From positions 180,001 to 212,000 of the forward strand of contig OZ252279.1 of NCBI GenBank assembly GCA_965250005.1: DNA of 32,000 nucleotides. Reading direction: 5' to 3'. This DNA is from Demequinaceae bacterium (lineage in GTDB: Bacteria; Actinomycetota; Actinomycetes; Actinomycetales; Demequinaceae). The notes beneath the pieces were generated by a model that worked only from the letters and a program-made list of their open reading frames with translations, made no database searches and was not told where the DNA came from. Positions 1 through 7,963 of the stretch are shown in pieces; the first letter of the stretch is position 1; each line of letters opens with the position of its first letter. Both the position numbers and the translations under genes were made by a program.

Positions 1-818
1 CTGCCGTGCGCGTGAACCCCGGAAACATCCGCAAGTTTGACGACAAGGTCGGAGAAATTGCGAAGGCGGCCAAGGACGGGGGAACCAGCATTCGCATCGG
101 CGTCAATGCAGGATCGCTGGACCCGCGCCTGCTGAAGAAGTACGGCAAGGCCACACCCGAGGCACTCGTGGAGTCGGCCGTGTGGGAGGCAAGCCTGTTC
201 GAGGAACACGACTTCCACGACTTCAAGATTTCCGTCAAGCACAACGACCCAGTGGTGATGGTCGAGGCATACAAGCAACTGTCCGACCGCGGCGACTGGC
301 CGCTGCACCTGGGCGTCACCGAGGCGGGCCCAGCGTTTCAGGGCACCATCAAGTCCGCCACCGCCTTTGGCGCGCTGCTCAGCCAGGGCATCGGCGACAC
401 AATTCGCGTCTCGCTCAGCGCCCCGCCCGTCGAAGAGGTCAAAGTGGGCATCCAGATTCTGCAATCGCTCAACCTCAAGGAGCGCAAGCTCGAAATCGTG
501 TCGTGCCCCAGCTGTGGCCGCGCGCAGGTTGACGTGTACGAGCTCGCCGAAAAGGTCACCGCCGGGCTCGAAGGCATGGAGGTGCCGCTGCGCGTGGCCG
601 TCATGGGCTGCGTGGTCAACGGACCGGGCGAGGCGCGCGAGGCAGACCTCGGCGTTGCGTCCGGAAACGGCAAGGGCCAAATCTTTGTCAAGGGCGAGGT
701 CATCAAAACCGTGCCTGAGGCGTTGATCGTGGAAACACTGATCGAAGAGGCGATGAAGATCGCCGATGCCATGGAGCCCATCGAGGGCGCCGCGCCCGAG
801 GTGTCGGTCTCCCAGTGA
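1..818 (+). CDS. ispG: 4-hydroxy-3-methylbut-2-en-1-yl diphosphate synthase (IspG/GcpE), 3' portion; the 5' end is outside the window
   Basis: The frame is open to the window edge. It carries the C-terminal Fe-S ligand region VSCPSCGR...[11 protein letters not shown] characteristic of IspG. A GNAT gene follows, as in the mycobacterial gcpE locus. Confidence 0.9.
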   Translation, partial: AVRVNPGNIRKFDDKVGEIAKAAKDGGTSIRIGVNAGSLDPRLLKKYGKATPEALVESAVWEASLFEEHDFHDFKISVKHNDPVVMVEAYKQLSDRGDWPLHLGVTEAGPAFQGTIKSATAFGALLSQGIGDTIRVSLSAPPVEEVKVGIQILQSLNLKERKLEIVSCPSCGRAQVDVYELAEKVTAGLEGMEVPLRVAVMGCVVNGPGEAREADLGVASGNGKGQIFVKGEVIKTVPEALIVETLIEEAMKIADAMEPIEGAAPEVSVSQ

Positions 819-831
819 CGGCGGCCCGGCC

Positions 832-1764
832 ATGACGGACTCCTTGCTGAGACGAGTGCGGCCGCGCTTCGCGGTTACGTCGCTACAGAAGCGCGACCTC
901 ACGGCTGCACAGACGTTGTGTGCCATCAAGCCAGTGGAGTTCGTCATGCCCGCGATGCAAGTTGAGGTGGCGCTCGATCACGGCCGCAGCAAGTCGGGTG
1001 GATTGTGGGGCGTGTACGAGCGCGACGGCCGCCGTCGCGACCTGCAGGGCGTGCTGTGGAACGGCGCGAACTTGATCCCGGCGATTCCCGAGCCCACTGA
1101 CCAAGTGCTCGCGGCCGTGGCAGACACGCTGGCGCGGAGAATAGGGCGTCCCAGCGCTCTCGTGGGGGAGGCCGCGGTGGTGCTCGACCTGTGGGATCGC
1201 ATCGACGGAGCCTGGGGGCCCGCGCGCTCCATGCGCCCGGAACAGCTACTCATGACTATCGAGGGCCCTGCCAAGCACGTACCGCCGCTTGACGCCCAGG
1301 ACGTCGCCCTTGACGCCGTGCGCACCGCCCAACTCGACGACTTCGCGGCGCTGTTGCCCACGTGCGTGGACATGTTTACCGCCGAGGTGGGCTACGACCC
1401 GCTTCTCCACGGCAGACGAGCATATGAGGACCGGCTCAAGTGGCTCATCAGGACAGGGCGATCCTTCGTTCAATACGGGTTGGCCGAGGGGCGCAGGCAG
1501 GTCGTGTTCAAGGCCGAGGCCGGCGTGGTGTCGCGCGGGGTGGACGGCGCCGGGGTGGCGGAAATGCAGGGCGTGTGGGTGCACCGCGCGTTGCGAGGCC
1601 GTGGGCTCGCGCGCGCCGGGATGTCGGCCGTTGTGGCGCTAGCGCGAGACGAGCTCGCGCCCACTGTTTCGCTCTACGTCAACGAATTCAACCGCAAGGC
1701 GATCCGGTCGTACGACGCCGTTGGCTTCCAATGTGTCGGTACGTTCGCGACGGTCATGTTCTAG
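832..1764 (+). CDS. GNAT-family N-acetyltransferase (long form with an N-terminal non-GNAT domain)
   Basis: The C-terminal acetyl-CoA binding core reads QGVWVHRALRGRGLARAGMSAVV (Q/RxxGxG/A-type motif). I chose the ATG at 832, 14 nt after the ispG stop, over the track start at 766, which overlaps ispG. Its position next to ispG is conserved in actinobacteria. Confidence 0.7.
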   Translation: MTDSLLRRVRPRFAVTSLQKRDLTAAQTLCAIKPVEFVMPAMQVEVALDHGRSKSGGLWGVYERDGRRRDLQGVLWNGANLIPAIPEPTDQVLAAVADTLARRIGRPSALVGEAAVVLDLWDRIDGAWGPARSMRPEQLLMTIEGPAKHVPPLDAQDVALDAVRTAQLDDFAALLPTCVDMFTAEVGYDPLLHGRRAYEDRLKWLIRTGRSFVQYGLAEGRRQVVFKAEAGVVSRGVDGAGVAEMQGVWVHRALRGRGLARAGMSAVVALARDELAPTVSLYVNEFNRKAIRSYDAVGFQCVGTFATVMF

Positions 1765-1821
1765 CACGGCGATTTTCTAGCACGGTTCTTGTGCAATACA
1801 GCGCTCCGCTACGCTGGGCGG

Positions 1822-2646
1822 ATGCTACGGGAGGCGCCTGTTGCGGTGCGAGCGGGGAAGCACCGCCGCCGGTGGGCTGCCGGGCTCGCCGCCGTCTTGG
1901 TGCTGGTTTTCCTCGTGGCTGATGCCGCACGCACGGCGGCTGGAACGGCCGACGAGCCTGTAGCCGCGCCGAGCACCGATGCCACGAGCGTGCCCGCCGT
2001 GAGCGCGGCGCCGGACGCGCAGATCGACTTTCACGAGATCCCCGACGTGACGGTTAACGCGCTGGACGATCCGAGCTCGATCACCATTGTGGTCAACAAG
2101 CGGCGCCAACTCTCGCCCAAGAAGTTTGTGCCTGGAGACCTGGTGAATCTCAGCCCCATCCCAGGTGGTAGCTCTCAACGACTTACGCGCGAGGCGGCCG
2201 ATGCTTTGCGCACTCTGCACGCTGCGGCCGGACTCGAGGGCCTGGGGTTCAGCATCTCCACCGGCTACCGTACCTATAACCACCAGTCCGGCGTGTACTA
2301 CTCGTATGCCCGGGCTAGCAGCTATTGGGCCGCGGACCAGGGCTCCGCGCGCCCGGGCTATTCGGAGCATCAGACGGGCCTGGCCGTTGATATCTACACG
2401 AGCTCGCAGTGCCGGCTCAAGCGGTGCTTTGGCTCCAGCTCGATAGGACTGTGGGTCGCCGAGCATGCTCACGAGTACGGGTTTGTGATCCGCTACCCCG
2501 ACGGAAAGAAGAACGTGACGGGGTACGCGTGGGAGCCGTGGCATCTGCGATACGTGGGTGTTGAAGTCGCCGGCGCAATGCACGATTCTGGCGTGACGAC
2601 GCTCGAGGAATACTTTGGTCTGCCGGCGGCGCCTACGTACGGTTAG
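1822..2646 (+). CDS. D-alanyl-D-alanine carboxypeptidase, VanY / peptidase M15B-like, with an N-terminal membrane anchor
   Basis: Zn-ligand motifs SEHQTGLAVD and EPWHLRYVG are present, and the N-terminal hydrophobic segment is AAGLAAVLVLVFLV. I prefer the ATG at 1822 to the TTG at 1789 because TACGCT (1810-1815) lies 6 nt upstream of it, the leaderless pattern. Confidence 0.75.
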   Translation: MLREAPVAVRAGKHRRRWAAGLAAVLVLVFLVADAARTAAGTADEPVAAPSTDATSVPAVSAAPDAQIDFHEIPDVTVNALDDPSSITIVVNKRRQLSPKKFVPGDLVNLSPIPGGSSQRLTREAADALRTLHAAAGLEGLGFSISTGYRTYNHQSGVYYSYARASSYWAADQGSARPGYSEHQTGLAVDIYTSSQCRLKRCFGSSSIGLWVAEHAHEYGFVIRYPDGKKNVTGYAWEPWHLRYVGVEVAGAMHDSGVTTLEEYFGLPAAPTYG

Positions 2647-2799
2647 CTGGCGATCGGAGCGACCGCGTCCGCGGGCGCGATGCCGAAGCCGACGACGCCC
2701 GCGAGCGCGTTCTCCCCGTTTGACTGGTGGAGGCGTATGGATGCCGCTAGGGTGACGCGCAGATAGTCAAGGGTTGGTAGATGCTGTCAAGGAGGGGTT

Positions 2800-3222
2800 A
2801 TGCGCCTGTTGAAGTTCAGTGTCGCGGCGGCAGTACTGGTGTTGGCGGGGTCGGCCTGTTCCGGAACCGCAGTCCAGGATCTTAGTGCGGGGACCTGTTT
2901 CAATGACACGTCGACTGCGGGGCAGGATGTTTCTGAGTTCGACCCGTTGGACTGCGATGCGGCGCACGATTCCGAAGTTTTCTATACCTTCGACGTATCG
3001 GTTGAGGGCGAATATGACAAAGAGGCCGTGTTTTTCGAAGTGGATGACACCTGTTTCGCGCACTTCGAGGAGTATGTGGGTGTTGCGTTCAACGACTCCG
3101 AGGTGTGGTTCTACCATTTCGGGCCGAACGAGGCTAGTTGGATCGAGGGCGAGCGTAGTGCTCGGTTTCGATTTCTGCTGGGGTTCGGTGGCCGAGGTTT
3201 TCGTGGAGTCGGGCGGTGTTGA
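2800..3222 (+). CDS. Small Cys-rich lipoprotein (septum-formation-domain-like), third paralogue; the 3' end probably derives from or is disrupted by the adjacent IS element
   Basis: [11 protein letters not shown] precedes the ATG at 2800, and the lipobox is LAGSAC. It aligns to the ORFs at 7409 and 7964 through GxCF, xDC..xH.xEV and xCF motifs up to about residue 116-120. After that the sequence is antisense to the transposase orfB and the fourth conserved Cys is missing. Confidence 0.55.
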   Translation: MRLLKFSVAAAVLVLAGSACSGTAVQDLSAGTCFNDTSTAGQDVSEFDPLDCDAAHDSEVFYTFDVSVEGEYDKEAVFFEVDDTCFAHFEEYVGVAFNDSEVWFYHFGPNEASWIEGERSARFRFLLGFGGRGFRGVGRC

Positions 3223-4027
3223 ACCAGTGGACCCATTCCAGGGTTGCGAACTCGACTTGCTCGATGGTTCGCCAGGGCTTTCGAGCACGAATCAGTTCGG
3301 CTTTGTAGGCGGCGTTGACGGACTCGGCTAGGGCGTTGTCGTAACTGTCTCCACGGGATCCGACAGAAGCGGTGATGCCGAGGTCGGTGAGGCGGTCGGA
3401 GTAAGCCAGGGACACATATTGCGTGCCCATATCGCTGTGATGGATGAGACCTTCCCCAGTGTCGTTGATGAAGGCAGCCATCTCGAGTGCCTGTAACGGC
3501 AACGACTGGGTAGTTAACGAACTGGATACTGCCCAGCCGACGATTTTGCGACTGAAGACGTCGGTGACGAAAGCGGTGTAGGCGAAGCCATTCCATGTGG
3601 CCACATAGGTGATGTCCGCGACCCAAAGCTCACGCGGACCACTAGCGGTGAAGCGCCGCTCCACTAAGTCAGCTGGTCGCATCGAGGCAGGGTCCGTAAC
3701 GGTCGTGAAGACTCTCTTGCCACGGCTAACCCCACGCAAATGGCTCTTGCGCATGAGGCGGGCCACCTGGTCGCGGCCCACATCCCAGCCGGCCCTACGC
3801 ATCGCCGCATACATTTTACGCACCCCGTAAACCGAATAGTTAGCAGCATGAATTTGGGTCAGGGCCTCACCGACCTGCTCGTCCCGAATTGATCTGTCGG
3901 AGCGAGGCCGAAACTTCGCGGCCCGATAGCCGCGCGAGGTAATGAACCCACCGGGTGTCGCAGCAAGTGTGCGACAAATGAACTCAACCCCGAATTGATC
4001 CCGATACTCATCGATGTATCGAATCAT
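3134..4027 (-). CDS. IS3-family transposase OrfB (DDE/rve integrase core)
   Basis: The DDE triad context is WVADITY...HHSDMGTQY...DNALAES, and the C-terminal LGHRTPAEIE motif is typical of IS3-family OrfB. It is probably expressed as an OrfAB fusion. Confidence 0.85.
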   Translation of the reverse strand: MIRYIDEYRDQFGVEFICRTLAATPGGFITSRGYRAAKFRPRSDRSIRDEQVGEALTQIHAANYSVYGVRKMYAAMRRAGWDVGRDQVARLMRKSHLRGVSRGKRVFTTVTDPASMRPADLVERRFTASGPRELWVADITYVATWNGFAYTAFVTDVFSRKIVGWAVSSSLTTQSLPLQALEMAAFINDTGEGLIHHSDMGTQYVSLAYSDRLTDLGITASVGSRGDSYDNALAESVNAAYKAELIRARKPWRTIEQVEFATLEWVHWFNTARLHENLGHRTPAEIETEHYARPRSN

Positions 4028-4341
4028 TTCGTCGTGGGGCGGTCGAGTTCCGCTGCAAAAAACGCTGACGCAGTCCGCAATATTTCGTTTGCACGCCTCA
4101 ACTCAGTGTTCTCGCGACGTAGCCGCCGCATCTCCGTCGACTCCTCACTCGTCACGCCCCGCTCGATGCCCGAATCAACACGAGCCTGGCGACGCCACCG
4201 TCTAACAGACTCCGTTGACACCCCCAAACGGGTAGCAACCCTCGACATGGCATCCGTTTCGCTGGCACCTGCCTCGCCGACCGCTTCGTCAACGAGCCTG
4301 ACCGCGCGGGCCTTGAACTCCTCTGGATATCTCTTTGGCAT
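4024..4341 (-). CDS. IS3-family transposase OrfA (helix-turn-helix plus leucine-zipper region)
   Basis: The N-terminus MPKRYPEEFKARAVRLV and the LRRENTELRRANEIL coiled-coil are typical of IS3 OrfA. It overlaps the orfB ATG by 4 nt. Confidence 0.85.
   Translation of the reverse strand: MPKRYPEEFKARAVRLVDEAVGEAGASETDAMSRVATRLGVSTESVRRWRRQARVDSGIERGVTSEESTEMRRLRRENTELRRANEILRTASAFFAAELDRPTTK
4057..4062 (-). other. Candidate programmed -1 frameshift or slippage site (T6 on the coding strand) joining orfA to orfB
   Basis: The orfA frame reads GCG TTT TTT GCA about 30 nt before its stop. orfB codons are offset by -1 (codon phase 1 versus 2 on the minus strand). The -1 reading gives ...FCSGTRPPHDEMIRYIDEY with no stop. 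Confidence 0.5.
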
Positions 4342-4527
4342 GATCCGATCCTCTCAAATAGAGATCGGAACAAAACCCAGGGCGGTTCAGAACTGATCGA
4401 GGCCGGGCTGGGAGTCTGTGACGTTGAGGTGTAGTCGGGACCGGCAAGAGTCTTGGCAAACTGTCAGGGCAGCGCGTAGGGGACGATGTCTGATACACGT
4501 CACTGACGAACGACTGGCCCGTGCCCG

Positions 4528-5229
4528 CTACTCGGTCCCGCCGGCCGCCTCGATCGCGCTCGCGATCGCTGTCTCGCCTTGGTAGCGAGCCCAGTACAGG
4601 GCGGTGGCGCCGCCCTCGTCGCGGATGTTGAGGCCGCATTCGCGTGCGATGAGTTCATCAACCACGTCGGAGTGACCCCAGTAGGCGGCGTACATGAGCG
4701 CCGTGCTATCGGTGGTTTCGAGCACGTCGATGTCTTCGCCTGCGCCCAGGAGCACGATGAGTGCTTCGACATTGCCCTCAGCCGCAGCTGTGTGAATCGC
4801 GCGTTTGCCGTTGGATCCCCTGTACACGTCACCAATATCTGCGCCGCGATCGACTAGCAGTTGCACCGTCTCTCCGGTGCTGCCGCCAGCAGCGAGCATC
4901 ATGGCCGTCTGTCCGGTTGCCGTGCGGGCGTCCACATCGGCCCCCGCGTCTAGCAGGAGCGCAATAAGCTCGAGCTGGCTCGCGAGCACCGCCCGATGGA
5001 CAAGTTTGAGACCGCCGATATTGTGGTCGACTTCGAGACCCGCGTCTAGCAAGGTTTGAAGCGTCACGGCGTCACCGACCGTGATCGCATCAGCTGCCTG
5101 CGGCCCGAGCGGGGCGTCCAGATCCACGGTCGCCACGGGCGATGTGCTCGCGGATGGCTCTACCGTGACGGACGAACATGCGACGAGCGCGAGCGCTGTT
5201 GCCGCAAGCATTGCGAAAGTCTTAAGCAT
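4528..5229 (-). CDS. Ankyrin-repeat lipoprotein
   Basis: I chose the ATG at 5229, preceded by GGAGAAG, not the track start at 5277. The signal peptide and lipobox read MLKTFAMLAATALALVAC. Several ANK-like repeats are present (G.TA(L/M)M.AA..G....V..L(L/V)..GAD(V/I)). Confidence 0.8.
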   Translation of the reverse strand: MLKTFAMLAATALALVACSSVTVEPSASTSPVATVDLDAPLGPQAADAITVGDAVTLQTLLDAGLEVDHNIGGLKLVHRAVLASQLELIALLLDAGADVDARTATGQTAMMLAAGGSTGETVQLLVDRGADIGDVYRGSNGKRAIHTAAAEGNVEALIVLLGAGEDIDVLETTDSTALMYAAYWGHSDVVDELIARECGLNIRDEGGATALYWARYQGETAIASAIEAAGGTE

Positions 5230-5470
5230 GTTTCTTCTCCTAGGGTGCTCGTGTGTCGAGGGCCGTGGTCGGAACATTCAGCCATGGACGCTTACGGCGC
5301 GCAACGAATGCGTTGAATCCCGCACTTGCTGCACGCCGCTAGACGCTTCTCCGCGACCTTGGAACCGGACATTACCCCATATATCGCCGTGATGTGGGGT
5401 GCAGCCGGTCCCGTCTATGAGTCGGACGCGCGGTTGTTGTTGCTGAAGGAAGAATCGGCATGCGGCCAGA

Positions 5471-5505
5471 GAGTGCCGGCGCCCACAAGCCGAGTGCCGG
5501 CGCCC
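5471..5505 (+). repeat. Two exact copies of the 14-mer GAGTGCCGGCGCCC, 21 bp apart, just upstream of the proS -10 element
   Basis: The copies lie at 5471-5484 and 5492-5505. The second ends 2 nt before TAGACT (5508-5513). Confidence 0.8.
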
Positions 5506-5507
5506 GC

Positions 5508-5513
5508 TAGACT
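5508..5513 (+). promoter_or_regulatory. Putative -10 element (TAGACT) for a leaderless proS transcript
   Basis: TAGACT lies 7 nt upstream of the ATG at 5521, with no Shine-Dalgarno sequence between them. Confidence 0.35.
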
Positions 5514-5520
5514 TCCCACC

Positions 5521-7356
5521 ATGCTCCGCATGTCAACGCTGTTCCTGCGCACGCTCCGTGAGGACCCTGCAGACGCCGAGGTCGCCAGCCACCGCCTGCT
5601 CGTTCGCGCCGGATACATCCGCCGCGCCGCGCCCGGCATTTACAGTTGGCTGCCGCTGGGCTTGCGCGTTCTGGCCAAGGTCGAGGCCGTGGTCCGTGAA
5701 GAGATGGATGCCGCCGGGGGCCAAGAGGTGCACTTCCCGGCGCTGCTGCCGCGCGAGCCCTATGAGGCCACCGGGCGTTGGGACGAGTTTGGTGCCGGCA
5801 TGTTCCGCCTCCAGGACCGCAAGGGCGCGGACTACCTACTCGCACCCACGCACGAAGAGATGTTCACACTCCTCGTCAAGGACCTATACGGCTCGTACAA
5901 GGACCTGCCCATCACCCTGTACCAAATCCAGACCAAGTACCGCGACGAGGCCCGCCCGCGGGCCGGCCTGCTTCGCGGACGCGAGTTCATCATGAAGGAC
6001 GCGTACAGCTTCAACATCGACGACGCCGGGCTGGAAGCTTCCTACCAGGCGCAGCGCGACGCATACGTGAAGATCTTCGATCGCCTGGGCTTGGACTACG
6101 TGATTGTGGCCGCCAGCGCAGGCGCCATGGGCGGCTCCAAATCTGAGGAGTTCCTCAGTCCCACGGAGATCGGCGAGGACACGTACGTTCGCTCGGCCGG
6201 CGGGTACGCCGCGAACGTCGAGGCCGTCACCACGCCCGTTCCGGACGCAATCGACTATGCCGATGCGCCGGCCGCCCACGTCGAGGACACCCCCGACACC
6301 CCCACCATCGACACGCTCGTGGACCACGCAAACGCCGCGCACCCGCGCGCGGACCGCACCTGGACCCCAGCGGACACTCTCAAGAATGTTGTGCTCGCCG
6401 TCACCACAGCCGCGGGCGAACGCTCGCTCCTGGTTGTCGGGATCCCCGGCGACCGCGACGCAGACCCGGCACGCCTGGAATCGGCGCTCGCACCCAACGA
6501 GGTGGAGCCTGCAGGCGAGGACGACTTCAAGAAGCACAAGCAGCTGGCCAAGGGCTACATCGGCCCCGGATCGCTCGGCCCGCAGGCCCGCGACGGCAAG
6601 GCCGCCACGGTAGTCGCAGGCATCGCGCGCGACGACGACGGCAAACCCGACGCCACCGGCGCCATCCCATACCTGCTCGACCCGCGCATCGTCCCCGGGA
6701 CCCGGTGGATCACCGGAGCCGATGTCGCTGGCAAGCACGTGTTTGAACTCACCGCTGGCCGCGACTTCACCGCCGACGGCACCATCGAAGCCGCCACCGT
6801 GCACGCCGGCGATCCAGCCCCGGACGGTTCAGGCCCGCTAGAGCTGGCCCGCGGCGTGGAAATCGGACACGTCTTCCAGTTGGGCCGCAAGTACGCCGAA
6901 GCGCTCGATCTCAAGGTGCTCGACATGAACGGCAAGCAGCAGGTGGTGACCATGGGCTCGTATGGTGTGGGTGTCACCCGCGCGCTGGCCCTGCTGGCCG
7001 AGAACAACAACGATGAGTTCGGCCTCACGTGGCCCGCCAACGTTGCGCCGTACCTGGTGCATGTGATGGCCACCGGCAAGGACGACGTCGTGTACGTGGC
7101 CGCCGCCGCGCTCGCAGAGCAGCTTGAGTCCAGCGGGGTAGAGGTCTGCTACGACGACCGCCCCAAGGTCTCGCCCGGGGTGAAGTTCAAGGACGCCGAG
7201 TTGTTGGGCGCGCCGTTCATCGCCGTCGTGGGCCGTGGACTCGCCGAAGGAGTGATCGAGATCAAGATCCGCGCGACTGGCGACAGCGAACAGGTTCCCG
7301 TCGCAGACGCGGCGCGTCACTTGGCAGACCTCGTGGCCGGGGTGCTCGCGCGCTAG
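5521..7356 (+). CDS. proS: Proline--tRNA ligase (bacterial type with INS editing domain)
   Basis: The N-terminus [35 protein letters not shown] is canonical for ProRS, and class II motifs and the C-terminal anticodon-binding domain are present. The track start at 5326 adds a non-homologous 65-aa extension and was rejected. Confidence 0.92.
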   Translation: MLRMSTLFLRTLREDPADAEVASHRLLVRAGYIRRAAPGIYSWLPLGLRVLAKVEAVVREEMDAAGGQEVHFPALLPREPYEATGRWDEFGAGMFRLQDRKGADYLLAPTHEEMFTLLVKDLYGSYKDLPITLYQIQTKYRDEARPRAGLLRGREFIMKDAYSFNIDDAGLEASYQAQRDAYVKIFDRLGLDYVIVAASAGAMGGSKSEEFLSPTEIGEDTYVRSAGGYAANVEAVTTPVPDAIDYADAPAAHVEDTPDTPTIDTLVDHANAAHPRADRTWTPADTLKNVVLAVTTAAGERSLLVVGIPGDRDADPARLESALAPNEVEPAGEDDFKKHKQLAKGYIGPGSLGPQARDGKAATVVAGIARDDDGKPDATGAIPYLLDPRIVPGTRWITGADVAGKHVFELTAGRDFTADGTIEAATVHAGDPAPDGSGPLELARGVEIGHVFQLGRKYAEALDLKVLDMNGKQQVVTMGSYGVGVTRALALLAENNNDEFGLTWPANVAPYLVHVMATGKDDVVYVAAAALAEQLESSGVEVCYDDRPKVSPGVKFKDAELLGAPFIAVVGRGLAEGVIEIKIRATGDSEQVPVADAARHLADLVAGVLAR

Positions 7357-7408
7357 CGTGGGCGCCTCGGCTGAGCGAGCCAATCGGGCGTTTTCGATAG
7401 GAGATCAG

Positions 7409-7834
7409 ATGGGTTCATCGAATTCCCTCGGGCTTGCGATCGCAGCCACGCTGTCCCTGGCGGGGTGCAACCTCAGCGACGCGGCCGACCTTGCCGTGGG
7501 CGACTGCTTCATCGGCAATTTCGGCAACGCCGAGGTGGTATCGACCGTCCGCACTGTGGAGTGCGACACGTCGCACAACGCCGAGGTTTACCACGTGTTC
7601 GAGGTCGGCTTTGGTGGGGCCTATGACGAGGACGCGGTCCTCGCGGCGACCAGCCAGGGCTGCTTCGACGCGTTCGAGCCGTATCTGGGAATCCGATATG
7701 AGCAATCGGCCGTCTACTCTCGCGAGTTCTACCCTCTTCTCGAGGGCTGGAACGACGGTGCGCGCCAGGCTATTTGCTACCTGACGATTCCGGGCGAGAA
7801 CCTCACGGGTTCGCTCAGGGGATCCGGGCGCTAG
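7409..7834 (+). CDS. Small Cys-rich lipoprotein (septum-formation-domain-like), tandem copy 1
   Basis: SD TAGGAGA precedes the ATG at 7409, and the lipobox is LSLAGC. Four conserved Cys sit in GDCF / VECDxSHNAEV / GCF / ICYL. It is a paralogue of the ORFs at 7964 and 2800. Confidence 0.75.
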   Translation: MGSSNSLGLAIAATLSLAGCNLSDAADLAVGDCFIGNFGNAEVVSTVRTVECDTSHNAEVYHVFEVGFGGAYDEDAVLAATSQGCFDAFEPYLGIRYEQSAVYSREFYPLLEGWNDGARQAICYLTIPGENLTGSLRGSGR

Positions 7835-7963
7835 TTGCGCGCTACTCACCAACGCTGACGCGCCGCGCCGCGCCGCCACGCCGTCGCGCTGATCTCGCGA
7901 CTGAGGCGCTCGCGCGTTAGCGTAGACTCATGGGCCAAATGGCCCTCTTCGATAGGAGAAGAC

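Larger units (their letters stand above)
3134..4402 (-). mobile_element. IS3-family insertion sequence; the minimum extent is given and the exact termini are not resolved
   Basis: Two consecutive overlapping ORFs (orfA, an HTH protein, and orfB, a DDE transposase) have orfB in the -1 frame. There is about 60 bp upstream of orfA. An 8-bp direct repeat GATCGAGG at 3141-3148 and 4395-4402 brackets the unit. I could not find clean TG...CA inverted repeats by eye. Confidence 0.75.

Noticed and set aside
3160-3222. The C-terminal GRGFRGVGRC of the ORF at 2800 resembles the GSL(R/K)GSGR end of the paralogues
   Set aside because: This stretch is the antisense of the conserved C-terminal part of transposase OrfB, and the fourth family Cys is absent. 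The Gly/Arg similarity is most simply a GC-rich coincidence.
5326-5520. N-terminal extensions suggested by the ORF track for proS, and likewise 766 for the GNAT, 9247 for rimP, 17485 for gluB, 20203 for rpsO, 20869 for pnp and 5277 for the ankyrin gene
   Set aside because: The extensions are non-homologous, overlap neighbouring genes or intergenic signals, and bypass internal starts. Those internal starts have an SD or a -10 element at leaderless distance and give canonical N-termini.
5884-6804. A 306-aa ORF on the minus strand, and other alternative-frame ORFs across 5400-7400
   Set aside because: They are antisense to or out of frame with proS, are of low complexity, and have no motifs.
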